Shown here piece after piece: positions 12,521-27,600 of a DNA stretch of 64,000 bases; the first letter of the stretch is position 1; the number at the start of each line of letters is the position of its first letter. Origin of the DNA: Octopus vulgaris (Eukaryota); the NCBI GenBank assembly GCA_951406725.2, contig OX597815.1, positions 87,606,001-87,670,000 on the forward strand, in the 5' to 3' direction. Position numbers and translations under genes: made by a program. Below the pieces are notes generated by a model. The model saw only the letters and a list, made by a program, of their open reading frames with translations. It ran no database searches and had not been told where the DNA came from.

Positions 12521-15500
12521 TTCATGCATACATACATTCATACATATATATAAGCACACATATTTATACACATACACACACACACACACATAATTTTAAA
12601 AGAAGCTTTGTAAGATATTAGCACTTAGAATGCATGAACATTTCTATAAATAGTCGTTTATTTGTTTAATACAGTTCACAGTCAAAATGACATTAAAGTG
12701 TAAGTTGTCTTGCAACTTGCTTAAGAACCTAATAATGATGCAATAGCAATATTCCATACTAATTAGTTGATTAAAAACAAAAAAAGAAACAAGCAAACAA
12801 ACAAAAGCAAAATGGTTTTTGATTTGATACGTGAATGCTCAAATGTCATTTATATTCTTTTGAATATACATTATAGATTGTTTTCCTCAACCAGTATACC
12901 AATATATAATAAAACATGAATGAAGGTAGATTTAAGATCTGTAAACAAAACATCAATAGGATACAACTAATGTTCCAAATTGTACTGTATGGCCTTAACA
13001 TCAAAGGTTCTCTACATCTAGTTTATGACTTTTATGCTATATTTTATGCCATCTGCTACTTAGGGGCAATATTCAGAGTTGAATATGCTTAATTTAGTAA
13101 CATTATTAAGGACATATAACGATAAGATTAAAAAAAAAATACACTTGACATTTTTAGTCTGATCTAAAACTGCGAGTGCAGCAAATGAAATGCTATGTCT
13201 ATCCCAGCATGTCTTGTTCTGGAGTAAATCATTGCTGAAATTGACACTCTGTCAGTTATTGTCCTGTGGTTGGATAAATAAGATACCAATTTAGGGTGTT
13301 AGACTGGGAGCATATTTAAAGCATTGGACAGGGTAACTTGTAGCATTTGTTCTAGTTCACTGTGTTCTTAAGTCAAACTTCAATGTAGCCTGATTAGGTG
13401 GAAAGCATAATTCATCTCTTGGTTTAGCATCAACATCTGGTCCTTTGATACTTTTAGCAGATTTCACTCTGTTGCAAGTTTTCGAGTCAGGTTTCCAGTT
13501 TGAGGATTCTCCACCCCACCACCCAGTCTTGGAAAATGTTATCTTTTATAGTTTATTTGTTTCAATTATGGGAGAGCAGCCATGCTAGGGCATCACCATG
13601 AAGGCTTTTAGCTGAACAAATTGACCCCAGTACTTGCTTTTTTTTTTTTCAAGTCTGGTACTTTTTCAATCGGTCTCTTTTGCTGAACTGCTAAGTTATG
13701 GGATGTAAATAAACAAACACCAGTTGTCAAGTGATGGTGGGAACAGACAGACAGACACACACATATACAGCAGGCTTTTTTTTTGCTTGGCAAGTACTTG
13801 GTGACCCAGTCAGTGCAGGTGCCACTTAAAAACACTCAGTCCACACTGTAAAGTGATTGGTGTTTGGAAGGGTATCCAGCTGTAAAAACTTTGCCAAATC
13901 TGACCTCACCTGTGCTTGTGCCATGTAAAAAGCTCAAAGTCCACTCTGTTGAGTGGTTGGTGTTAGGAAGGGCATCCAGCTGTAAAAATCCTGCCAAAAC
14001 AGTCACAGAAGTCTGCCTGACCAGCTCTTGTGAAACTGTCCCCATGCTAGCATGGGAGGTGGACGTATGATGATGATGAGGAAGACCATTCACAAGGCTT
14101 TGGTTGGCCTGGGGCTATAGTAGAAGCCACTTGAAGATACAAATATTTGTTTTGAAGTAATGAAGACTAATATGTAAAATGATAAAGTCAACTGGCTTAA
14201 AATTTTAAAATTAAAAGAAACAAATCAGACTGAACTACTTGTAAAATATTCATGATGAGATGACTGGTCAGATAGCTGGCTTGAATCTATTTCTATTGTT
14301 CTTGACATATTTCTAACAGCATTACAATAGACATTAAATTGGTAAAATAATTTATATTTCAACATCATTTTATGTCCCTTTTCCATATGATATGCAATAA
14401 AGAAGAAATTACTAATCTCTGTTGTCATGTATAACAGAGGAGGGAATGACTTTGATGCTGGATATTTATTCCATCACCAAGCATTTTACAGTAGGGCTTT
14501 AGGTCATGACAAGACTAAAGCCCTCACTACTTGTGTTAGTTTCTACTAAGAGCTAAATCTTTCCAAGACAGGTTATCTTCACTGAGGTTTGAAAAATCTA
14601 TATCTTCATCAAGCAATTAAGATAGAGCCTTTTCTGTAAATCACTGAATGATCCTCATTAGGTCACCTTCACTATGGATATAAAGACATGCCTTTGTAAT
14701 ATAGAGTATGTCTTAGTTACCAATGGAGCTTGCAATGGTTGTCTAAAGTAATCAGATATAAAGTATGACATCATTATATAGGGAGGGTAATGGATAAATA
14801 CAGACTTAGAATGGTGCAACTGAAAAAAGTCGTATTAATAAAATACACACAGGGATGAAAGAAAAATTTATCAAAATATAAGTAGGTTTCAAAAAAACTA
14901 AAATAAGATCTGAAAATACCTGTAATTTGAACAAGCCCAGTGAAATGAATAAAATGATCATGTGCATAGTGTAGATATATAATAGATAGAAATTCAATAC
15001 ATTACTAAACAATAAATAACAAAAAAATTATAATGTAGGTGATAAAGGCACACTGCACTATTGATCCATTTAAGCAAAATGCAATGTGCAGAAAATAACT
15101 GGATGATGTGGTGTATACAGTAAGATGATGGTGAGTCCTGTAACTCAATGTAGAGTTGGGACCCTTATTAATGCCTTAGTTCACATGCAATGTATTTACA
15201 GCTTGAGTATTACTCTAAGAAATATACATGGTAAAAAGTGAACACAGCACTAGAAGGTTACTGAACAATTGGAAGTACAGAGAACTTTTGCTCCAAGCTT
15301 CATAAATGGTATTATTTACAGCTTCATTGAGTGCTCTATTTGAATACTGAGTTGGTTGTGAGTAATACAAACCACTTGCTCTTTCGTCAGTAGCCTGACT
15401 TTTGGTTCAACCAGTTACAACTTTCATATAAGGTGTATATATATATATGTGTGTGTGTGTCTTTTATTCATTTTTTTGTTTCAGTCATGTGACTGTGCCC

Positions 15501-18500
15501 ATGCTGGAGCACCACCTTTAGTCAAACAAATCGACCCCAGGACTTATTTTTTATAAGCCTAGTACTTATTCTATTGGTCTCTTTTGCTGAACCACTAAGT
15601 TATGGGACATATGGTTGTCAAGCGATGGTGGAGGCTTCTTTCAGTTTCCGTCTACCAAATCCACTCACAAGGCTTTGGTCGGCCCAAGGCTATAGTAGAA
15701 GACACTTGCCCAAGGTGCCACGCAGTGGGACTGAACCTGGAGCCATGTGGTTGGTAAGCAAGCTACTTATCACACAGCCACTCCTGATATATACAACAAG
15801 TCATAAAATAAAAACAACAGCACTATATTGTATCTTCATAAAGCAAACAGAATGTGGAGCTGTAAATACTTGTAGTAATTACAGTAGTTAAGTAATATAT
15901 ACTGGCTTATTAAAGTACAAACAGCTAGCTTGTCGGGGAATAGATTTTAAAAAATAAATAAATAAAAAAGACTATTAAAATTGATTATGGCAAAAACAAG
16001 GATTTTAAAAGTAAAATTAAGAAACCCATAAAAATAGTGAAATAACTAAGTTATGTTCAAAAACAAATTTGAAATTTTACCAGTATAGCCATATACTGTG
16101 ACCTTATGTAAAGTATGTTATGCTATGTTACATTAGAAGTAATGACTGTGTCATGAAATAGATGATTAAAGTGGGAGTAGGCTCAAATTACCCATAAAAC
16201 AATAAATGTGTGCTTAAGAGATTTTTCAACTCTAGTTTTTCCATGGTCTATATGGTAAACTTAAAAGTGAGAAAAATTTGCATTTTTTCCTGTATAAATT
16301 TGCTTATATTGATTACAGTTATTTAGAACAAAATGAATAAAATTAGAAACCAGGTTATACTTAATTTAGTCGTGAAGTCTGACCTCAAGAAAACATTTTT
16401 TAATGTATTATTTAACATTCAATACTTATTATGTCACTGAGCTGTGCTTAGGCATCAGTTGGACTTAATCTGACCCTGGGTAAAGAAGATAGTTACAAGA
16501 GCTGACTAAAGTAAATAAAGAAATGTGTACAAGTCATCAAAAATATTAATTTGATATAAATTTTTTTAAATGTGAACACAACCTAAATAATTAAGTGTCT
16601 TGCAAATTTAGAAACAGAATTTTAAAATTGTATTAAGTGTAATATGAAACAGAAAACTAGCATAGTGAATGATTGAAGACAGATACATAGCAGAATGATA
16701 GAGAAAATATTAATTACCAAAACAGAAAAACACAACAGGCCACAAGATACATACACACACTGAATGTCATGAATTTTGCTCCTCTAACTGTACAATTTAT
16801 AGTTTTATATACTTATAGAGCTTTGCAGTATTTAATTAGAGGTTTCATGATGTCTAATTAAAAAGTATTGATTGAGGTGTGTAGGAGAAACAGCCGCACT
16901 GGTATGGCTAGTGTTAAATGAATAACATTTGATAAATGAAGAAATGCTGTAATAAATTGATTGTAACTGGCACTTGAGGTAGAAGTAGATTGAGGAAATT
17001 TTAGTAAAGCCAGATTTGAGAATGTTAGGTCTCAGAAATGAGATTACACAGGACTGACACAAATAAACATATGCCCAGTTGCAGATGAAGCTGACCCATG
17101 TCAGCATGGATAAATTAATGTCAAAACTTTGACTGTGATTATCTCTAGATTTAAGAGAAAAACAGTTATAACCCATTCGAGACAATGACATTCAGTTCTT
17201 AGATGTGAAAGCTGTTGATGTAGTAGGTTTTTCACTCATAAAAAAAAAATTCTATTTTTCTATACCAACAAATGTGCATATCTGAATATTTACAGGGAGA
17301 TTTATTTCCTACATCACTTCAACAAGTTATTATAGTGAGGCTACACTTTGCTGATGATGTTCAATGAGCTCCTTTTGCATTTCTTTAGTGAATATTTTAA
17401 ATATAAAAAGCACTAACATTATTTAAATCTAACTACTAATTTTAGCTCAAAAATGAACAACCTATTAACAGACCTTGAACCATGTACTTATCACAGACAC
17501 CTGGTAGATATGAAGTTCAAGTCCTGTCTGAGTGTCGTATTTCTTTTCTTCAATTTGTTTTATATACACACAAACAAATTTTAAATCAACAATACCTATC
17601 TCTTCTTTATATGATTCATTACTATCATCCTCATAATGTTAAATCTGATTTCCATACTAGAAAGAAGACAGGTTGTCAGAATTTGAATCAGTTGCTGCTC
17701 TCCTAGATAGGTTAGAGGAATTCATCCCACTCATACATTTTATTTTCAGTATAGTTTCTAATGTTAGAAGTCCTTCCTAGACCAACTACTTTACTGAGTA
17801 TACGGAGCATATTTTATTATGATACCAGCACTAGAGAGGTTGTTCTGTTTTGCAAGATTAAAGGATACTCTGGATCCAATGCTGTTTCGGTTCATTAGCT
17901 CAGCACTTTAGAGAGTTTATTAGGTACAGTTTATCATGACACCAATGCTGTTGATGTTGTCACATCCTTGGTAAGGCTAAAGAGTCAGGTTGATTCTATT
18001 TTGTCTTTGTTCATTAGCCAACCACATTATGCAACATACTGGGTGCATTATAATGGGACACCAACACTACAAGGGTCATCATGTCCTCTGCAAGACTAAA
18101 TAATTCTCACAAGCCTTAGTGTGTCATTATCATCAACATCTAACATCTATCTTCTATGTTTTGTTTGGGTTGGACAGATCAACAAGATCCAACAGATCTG
18201 AAGACTGCAGAATATTTCAGTGTCTGCTATGAATGGGTTTCTATGGCTGAATATCCATCATAATATAAATAACTTTATGGATTGTTGGCTTTGGGACCAC
18301 CTGGTTCAGCTATCTCTAGATTTCATCCTACAGGTGTTCAATTGGGATCAAATTTGAACTGAGAGCCAGCCACAGCATGGTTCTGATGTTGTGCTGACGT
18401 AGGAAATCCATGGTGACCCTGACCTGCTGGAACACGTGACTATGGTGATGCACATAGAAGGGCATGATGTGAGATCTTAGGATCTGGTCAATGTAGCACT

Positions 18501-21500
18501 GTGCTGTGATGCCATTCCTTCTGCTTTCACCAACATTTTGGAACACATGGGGCCCGATTCTCAGGCCTATAGCACTCCAAACCATGATGCTTTGGCCACC
18601 CCACATGTCTCTGTCCAAGACACGAGTCTCTGTAGCATTCCCCCCTCCTACACCACACCCTCATTCTGCCATCCAAGGTGGAAATGCAGTACTGGCTCTT
18701 GTTAGAGAAGACTATCGAGCTCCAATGTTGATGCCACCAATGTCGGTGCTGTGTAGCCCACTGTATTTGTGCCTGATGGTGGCAGGCAGTGAGGACAGGC
18801 CCTTGAGCAGGACAACAGCAACACAGGTTTTTAGCGACCAGTCAACATTGTACTGTTGTTGCTGTCCAGTGCCAATGGTCTCACGAGCTGTCACGCTGGC
18901 CGGTCTGAAGCGATCATGGAAATATTGCAGGTGGATGAAGTGGTCCTGCATGGGTGTGGTCACCCAGGGGCGCCTTCTGCAAGCACAGTCTGCAGTACTG
19001 TTGGTGTTGCATTGCTGTTGCAGGCAACAGATGGTGCTGAAATGAACATTGTAAGATTTCACAACAACCAGAGCATGCTGCACTGCTTGCAATCGGCTGA
19101 CAGCTTGTTCTATCTGTACTGCTGACAATCAGGTCATACTTGATGCATCCAAATCACGAATGCTAGGAACATGGTTCAAGTTGATTTTTATATCCATAAC
19201 TTCCATGAGATGCATGTGCATTTTGGTTTTCATGACAATTATTTGTGACTGCCACCCATGGCATTCAACGCAGCCGTATTTTGGCATCTCATTTGGGTCT
19301 TGGCCATAAACCAGCATGTCTTGGAATATTTACATTTACATTCCCTAAATAAATTTTCAGAATTTACCATATGAAAATGACATTTAAAAAAATTGCATTT
19401 CTTTTCCAGTTCAGTGTCTATGCATGTGCATGTGTGTGTATGCTTGCAAGTCATACGCACAAAAACCACATCAATACTAACCACTTGAAAAATATTATAA
19501 AATCATATATATAGGCACAGGCATGGCTGTGTGGTAAGAAGCTTGCTTCCCAACCACATAGTTTCAGGTGCAGTTCCATGCATGGCATCTTGAGCAAGTG
19601 TTGTCTGCTATAGCCATGGGCCAACCAAAGCCTTGTGAGTGGATTTGGTAGACGCAAACTGAAAGAAGCCCATTGTATATATATGTATAAAATTATGTGT
19701 GTGTCTTTGTGTCTGTGCTTGTCTCCCCCACTCCACCATCACTTGACAACCAATGTTAGTGTGTTTACGTCCGCGTAACTTAATAGTTCGGCAGAAGAAG
19801 TCAATAGAATAAGTACCAGGCTTACATAGAATAAGTCCAGGAGTCAATTTCTTTGACTAAAAGGTGATGCTCCAGTATGGCCCCAGTCCAAATGACTGAA
19901 GCAACTAAAAGAATAAAAGAATGTTTAATTTTTTTCCAGTAAAATTGAGCAAAATCTTAGAGTTTTAGTTTAAATAAAATACCTACTTGAAATAATAAAT
20001 GGAAAGAATTCTAAGATAAAAAAAAAAAAAGATAAAATAAAATGCCATCCTTGAAAAACTCCTGCATATATCTTCATAAGAAATTTACAATAATCTCAGC
20101 CTGTGTAATCTATGTTACAATTGGATTTGTGTATGTGTGATAAGCACATGGTCTGAGTTTGCATGCATGTGTGTGTGTACATGCACATGTTCTGAATGTG
20201 TGTATGTATACATAAGTACATATTGGGATATCATCATCATCATCATCATCATCATCATCGTTATATATATATATATATATATAGTGCTGAAATTTATAGA
20301 AAAACAAAAGACAAAGACAAGAGTATGAACAACAAGCAAGTGTATGAGTTTGATGTTCAGAAAAATGAAAAAGTCTGTTTCGAGCCTACACTCTTCTACA
20401 GAAAGGAATAAGAGAAAATAAAGAGAGAGAGAATGAAAAAAACTTGTAGATTTCAGTGGTCTAACATATATATATATGCATAGGAGTGGTTGTATGGTAA
20501 GAAGCTTGCTTCCCAACCACAAGGCAAAGTTCAGTCCCACTGCATGGCACCTAGGGCAAGTGTCTTATACTATAACCTTGGGCTGACTAAAGCCTAGTGA
20601 GTGGATTTGGTAGCTGGAAACTGAAAGAAGCCTGTCATATATTTATGTTTGTCTGTATTTGTCCCCCCATCATTGTTTGACAACCAGTGTTGGTGTGTTT
20701 ATGTCTCCATAAAAGAGACCAACAGAATAAGTACTAGGCTTACAAAGAATAAGTCTTGGGGTCAATTTGTTTGACTAAAGGTGGTACTCTAGCATGGTCG
20801 CAGTCAAATGACTGAAACAAGTAAAAGAATAAAAGAATACAGGGTGCAATGGGTAAATTATCACCATTTTATATTTGTGCATGCACATTGTTTTTGATTT
20901 TGTCGACACAGTATAGTAGGGTCAGTTGGGAACGGTCTGTGAAAAAAACTACCATGATGCAATTCACTCAGCCAGAAATTTGGAAACAAAACATGCAGTA
21001 CTGCTAGGCATTTGCACCAGAAGCTCCAAAATGAACATTTCAGAGTGTTTGAGCATCAATCTGAGGACAGTGCAGATGATTTGGAAAGAGTTGGATGAGT
21101 CTAATGATGATCATGAAGGTACAGCAGCTCGGAAAACTCACTCTGATAGTTCTGATAAGAAAAGTACTTCTGAATTTGTTAGTGAGATCCAGGCCATGAT
21201 TGACAATGATCTCTCCAAGTCACTCAGGTCCATCGCCAGGGACATGGGAGCATCTGAGTTTCTTAACAGTAGATAGTGCATGAAGACATTCGGTATTCCT
21301 CAGACAAGATGAGAAAGGGCCAATTTTTATCCCAAGCCATCAAGGACAAGAGGAAAGACAGTGCTATGAAGCTTTTGAATAAACTCAAGCTTCCCTTTCA
21401 ACCAAACATGCTTTGGTTTTTCTCAGACAAGAAAAATTTCTGCCAGGATCAGATGGTGAACACACAAAACAACTATTGGATTGCCGTGTCCCCAAAACAC

Positions 21501-24500
21501 ATACCAAGAGTGATAAAAATCAAACATCCAGTCAACATCATAGTGTTTGGAGTGATCACTAGTGATGGCAACATTATGCCCCATTCATCTTCCATCATGG
21601 CCTCAGACTCAACATGGAAGCCTACATCAAGTGCCTGGAGAAGGTAGTGCTGTCCTGGATCAAGAGGGTGACTGCTAGAAGACCCTATGTCTGGCAATAG
21701 AATTCTGCACTATGCTACACAAGCAGAACCCAGTCATGACTGTCAGACAATATCTGCAACTACATCACCCCTAACATCTGGCCACCTAACTCCCCAGACT
21801 GCAACTCCCTTGATTATTATGTAAGGAGTGCAGTTGAGTGAAAGACCAACAAAACTCCAAACTGAAGGTAAGGGTTATGTCAGCATTCACCAACGTAAAC
21901 AAGGAGACTGTCCAGAAGAGTTGCAGGAGATTCCGAAGTCGTCTGGAGGCTGTGATTGAAGTCAATGGCAATTTTATTGAATAAATTTACTCTTTAGTAT
22001 TTCAAGGTATTTTTATGTAATTTTCGTAAATATATCTGTTAAAATGAGATGTCAGTGTTATTTTCATTTTTGCGTAATTTAGATGACAATTTATTCACCA
22101 CATCCTGTATGTACACACACACATATATACAAAGATATCATTATTAATAAAAAATAATAATATAAGTGGCTAGTGAGCATAAAATAACCATAAAGGTAAA
22201 ATTATTAATATAATCAAGGTACAAGATAGTACACAGCATTGCTAGAAATAAGAGTCAAACTGGCTCAAAACTCATTTACTCAAATTCACCAGTTTGCGTT
22301 TGGGCTTGTCATGTGTGAATAGATAATTATTTTTAATCATTACAATTGTTTCTTATTTCTTTATTGCTCACAAGGGGCTAAACATAGAGGGGACAAACAA
22401 GGACAGACAAAGGGATTAAGTTGATTATAGTGACCCCAGTGCATAACTGGTTCTTAATTTATTGACCCCGAAAGGATGAAAGGCAACGTTGACCTCGGCG
22501 GAATTTGAACTCAGAATGTAATGGCAGATGAAATACTGCTACGCATTTCACTGGCGTGCTAATGTTTCTGCCAGCTCGCCATATTTCTACACAATGTAGT
22601 CCTCCAGGCATGCATGTACTTGATTATGCAACTGTTTCCCTGCATTATGAGATCTAGTTGTGTTTCCTCAGGCAATATGTAAATATTGTCAAATCCTCAG
22701 CTTCAAGAGCATCCTTTCTGTTTGTCATGGCCAAAGGTTAGTAGTAGCCACTGAGTTTATCAAGGTGTGTTGTTGCTGAAGGACCATTGGCAAACTGCTT
22801 GGAATGTGTAGATGTAATGGGATGGTGATTCTGCAACTGTTAAAGTGATTGCCGTTTTAAAGGGATTGGCATTTGATTATTTTGTACTGTTGATTTGTTC
22901 TTCATGGTTGGTTGTCCTTAGCTGCAATTGTCCTTAGCTAACCTTTAAGAATTGGTCCATATGTACGCATATGTGGTCATTCACATATACATCTATACAC
23001 ACAAATGCTCTTCGGACACATACACACACACACACACGCACATGCGCGCACACACACACACGGATATGTATGCACACTCACATATACAAATATATGTACA
23101 TATATACATATGTACACATATATACACAGATGCACGTGTGTGTGTATATATGTAGATACGCATACTAAACACATGAACAGGCATGCATACGTACATACAG
23201 AAATACAACCAGACACACGCACATCATCACTTGTAGATGCAATCGCCAATTCACAAGCACTCATAGATGGACTTCTAGATTTCTTTTTAAAAAACTAGTC
23301 CAGAGTTGTTTGCTTAGAAGAAGCTACTTTTTCACTCTCTATAAATTTCTTGGTAACGCACAGAACCATTTGATATGGTAGTAGAAACTTTTGCACTTTG
23401 TTCAAAATTTGGATCTTGTGCTTGAAAAATAAAACTTGTAAACCTGGGGTCTCCTAAAACAGGTATCCTAAAAAGAGTGAGGTATTATTGTATATATTTA
23501 CACACACACACATATGTAACTACACATGTGCTGATGGTGATTTCATCACCATCCTTGGACTTTTCCCTTTTTCCTTTCAGATGAACAGTTATGTTCGAAA
23601 CATCAAACTCTCTCCTTTCACCGAGCATGAAGCTAATACACTTCTTGTGCACGTCCTCACATTCAATTTTTATGGGTTTTTTTTTTATTTGAGCTGTGTA
23701 TATGTATATAGATATACAGGGTGAGATGGGTAAATTGTCACCATTTAATATTGTTAATTTTATGCATGTCCGTTGTTTGTTTTTGATTTTGTCAAATATA
23801 CAGTATAGTAGGGTTAGCTGGGCACCATCTGTGAGTAAAACAGCATCATGACACAATTCACTCTGCCAAAAATTCGGATACAACATGCTGAACTGCTTGG
23901 CATTTGCACCACAAGCTCCAATACAAACATTTCAGAGTGTTTGGGTGTCAATCTGAGGACATGTACCGAGAGTGATAAACGTCAAACATCCAGTCAATAT
24001 CATGCTGTTTGGAGTGATCACTAGTGAAGGTGACATTATGCCTCATTCATCTTCCCACATGGCCTCAGACTCAACATGGAAGCCTACATCAAGTGCCTGG
24101 AGGAGGCAGTACTGTCCTGGGTCAAGATGGTGGCTGCTGGAAGATCCTATATCTAGCAACAGGACTCTGCACTATGCCACACAAGCAGGAGAACCCAGTC
24201 ATGGCTGTCAGACAATATCTGCAACTACATCACCCCTAACATCTGGGCCACCTAACTGCAATCCCATTGATTATGTGTGGGGTGCAGTTGAGCAAGAGAC
24301 CAACAAAACTCCTTATAACACCAAAGATGAACCGAAAGGAAAGATTATGGCAGCATTCACCAACTTAAACAAGGAGACCGTCCAGAAGAGTTGCAGGAGA
24401 TTCTGAAGTTGTCCGGAGGCTCAGGTTGAAGCCAATGACGATTTCATTGAATAAATTTACTCTTTCAAGATATTTTTATGTAATTTTGGTAAATATCTCA

Positions 24501-24579
24501 TTTAAAATTAGATGTCAGAGTTGTTTTCATTTTTGCGTAATTTAGGCAACAGTATGTGTGTATATATATACACCCTGTA

Positions 24580-24626
<47 letters not shown>

Positions 24627-27600
24627 TGTGTGTGTGCGTTTGTATGTGCGAAAAGATGCATATGCTGTGTGTGAATGAATAATTTTAAGAGGGTTTGTTT
24701 AAGTGAAGTGTATTAAGTGGCTTAGTGTCAGTAAGTTTGTGTCCTGTTTAAACAGGAAAGTCAGGCATCTTTATATTTGGTGTTATGAGATTGTATGTAG
24801 AATTTCAACATTTAAAATTGGACATCTAGACTTCTAAAAGACAGCTACGAGACCTTAGTTTTAATAGAAACAGGTGAAGAATTGTGATGTTCATATCAGA
24901 CCAAAACTACAAGAAGTATCAACTGAGAGTTCTCTAACAGCAGTGGTAATGAAGGTACCTCTACACAATCTAAGCCTATCCTCAAAATTTGGAGTGTCAG
25001 ATCATAGTTTGTTTGTAATACAGGCACAAGGTCACATCATATTTTGCAAAAATGTGGTTGACTCCAAGACTTGACTAGTGTTTATTTTATTGACACAGGG
25101 CAGATGAAAGTTATTTAATTTCTATTAGATTATGTTTCACAAAGAAAGTCTGATTAAGACCACTTTTCCTATGGTGCTGAGTTGAACTAAACCTTCACCA
25201 GTTTTACAGTGTTATAGCTACTTACAACCTTGTAATGTTGTTCCTACTCAAATTTTGAGAAGCCTGTATATATTTGTTCAGCTTACAAGAAAAAGCAGCT
25301 AAGTCTCACTTGAAATCTAGGTAGGAGCAATATTACAAGGTTGTAAGTAGCTATAACACAGTAAAACTGGTGAAGGTTTAAGTTCAACTCAGCACTATAG
25401 GAAAAGTCTATAGGAAAGGAATTTGAACTCAGAATGTAAAAGGATGTAACTAATACTGCAAAGCATTGCCCCACACCATTATAATGATTGTTAACTCAGA
25501 GATTCAATACTTACCCTCATGTAGTTTAACATGGGGATAATGTCAGATACTTTGAGAGATCGATGAAGTTGATTAGATCAACTTCCAGTACTTGAAACAT
25601 GAAGAATCAAAGGCTAAGCAAGATTTGAACTCAGAATGCAAAAGGACATAACTTGAGACCACAAAACATTTAGCCCATCATTTAACTCTTTCTATCTCCC
25701 ATCATCATTTATAATAAAAATTTCTAACATCGGCACAAGATCACATTTTGGGAGAGGGCACAGGTGGTTTAATCAACCCCCAATACTTCAGTGGTAGAAC
25801 ATAAAAGAGATACAATTAAATATTATGAAGTATTTCTATTAGGTGCTTTCTTCCAAAATCCAGCATTTTTTTTTAAATGGTAAAAAAAGTTAAGACTTAC
25901 TTTCTTTTCTTAAAGTAATTAGTGATCAAGTGATTGCGATGAAGCTTTAGTTTGAAACTGAAATCTGATGACAGATTCAATTTGTTTAATGAGACAACCA
26001 GTCGGGATTAACAATTCAAATAAGTTCTATACCATCGCTAGAATTATTTATTACTTTTTGACAAATCAGACAAGTGTAATTTCCTTAGAGTCTACTGTTT
26101 TCCAAGGAATCAATAATTTGTAACCAGTTATCAGTACTACACTAAATCTGTGAGTTGGCCACTTAACTGTCATATGACTACATCAATCTAACTTGTTATT
26201 TGACCCTGGGTTCAGCTCTTGTCTTATATTCAGATATACTTTTATCTAAGACTATATTACCCAACTTTTTTTCAAGTGAGATTTAGCTGCTAAATCCTAT
26301 ATATATCTTTGCTCAGCATGCTAGAATCAAACCGTCCAACTTATGCCAGCATGGAAAGCGGATGTTAAACGACAATGATAATGATGAGGAAGAAACAATA
26401 AATCAATATGAAGGTATGATGTTGCGGAGAAAAAAATTGGAAGAAAAAGTTAGAGGTTTTAAAAAATCAGTAAAACTGTGTATTCTTAGCCAATAATCAA
26501 ATTTTCTGCATTTAGCAGAGTGGCGTCAACTTTAATGTTGTACACTGTGAAATTTATAGTTTAGCATCTGTGAAATGATCTGTTCATTGTAAGTTTCTAA
26601 ATAAACAGAAATACCTAATAAAATCAACATGTATCATCTTACTGGTTCTTTTGTCTCTACATTGATTGCATGTTTTATCATTAAAAAAAAAAATTGTTAT
26701 ATTAATATATTTGTCTGCATGTGTTTACTTTATGCGTATTTCAGTATTATGTATACCTGTCATGTATTTGTGTACATCATTAATATATAAGTGCATGTGT
26801 GTGTGTGAAAAGGAGGTGTCTGTCTCCAAAACTCTAAAGTTGAGTAACATTTTCATGCTTGGATTTGTAAACTACGATAAGAATAACACTGGTCAACAAA
26901 GAATTTGTTCCAAGTAAAAGAATACGTATATCTTATATGTTATTGCATGCAGAATTCAAAAATAATGTCAAATTATCTGTATCATCCACAGTTTCTCTAT
27001 TCCATGATATCAAAACAGAACAACACGCAGCACAGACATGGGTGAAGTGAAGCACAAGATAGCGTGTGGTTGTCATGGTAACAAGCCGCTAATGCCACGC
27101 TGTCTATTGACTGGCTAAAATTACCCAAATTTCCCAACTTTAATTCCAAATAACGTCAGATTCTTTAATTTACAAGATAAAGTAACTGGTTGATCGTAAT
27201 CAAAATTCAGAGTTGCATCAATACACCAAAACTGAAAGCAAGCTGAGCAAAATTAAAGGGGGCTCAGTTTGCAATTGAAACTAACTAGAGTGATATGTGA
27301 TGCTTGAAAAGGTCTACCCTCTTAGTGAAACTGAGGTTCTGGAAGCACAGTATGTATGTACACAAGTGGCTCCCTCATCCAATTTGTACATTAAGCCTTT
27401 CCAATCACCTCATTTCTCTATCACTGATCCCTCCATCACTTGTCTAACAGCAGTATTTTGCAGCTGTAATTAAATGAGAACAAAACCACATATTTTATCA
27501 TTATCTTTTTTCATTACCCAGAACCACTTTCCTTGGTATCCATCCTTCAGGCTCAACATTGTCTCAATCTACACACATTTCACATTGATTAACCTACTGT

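Noticed and set aside
17280-17370. Possible plus-strand nested-gene exon after TTACAG (GDLFPTSLQQVIIVRLHFADDVQ*)
   Set aside because: No recognisable homology and no compatible upstream exons; neighbouring candidate frames hit stops.
18506-19045. 179-aa plus-strand ORF, the longest in the track
   Set aside because: Antisense shadow of the decayed Tc1 transposase.
25366-25420. CTGGTGAAG in the 25-kb inverted repeat as a hammerhead core
   Set aside because: The core A6 is missing, and no GAAA/stem III/stem I arrangement could be built.
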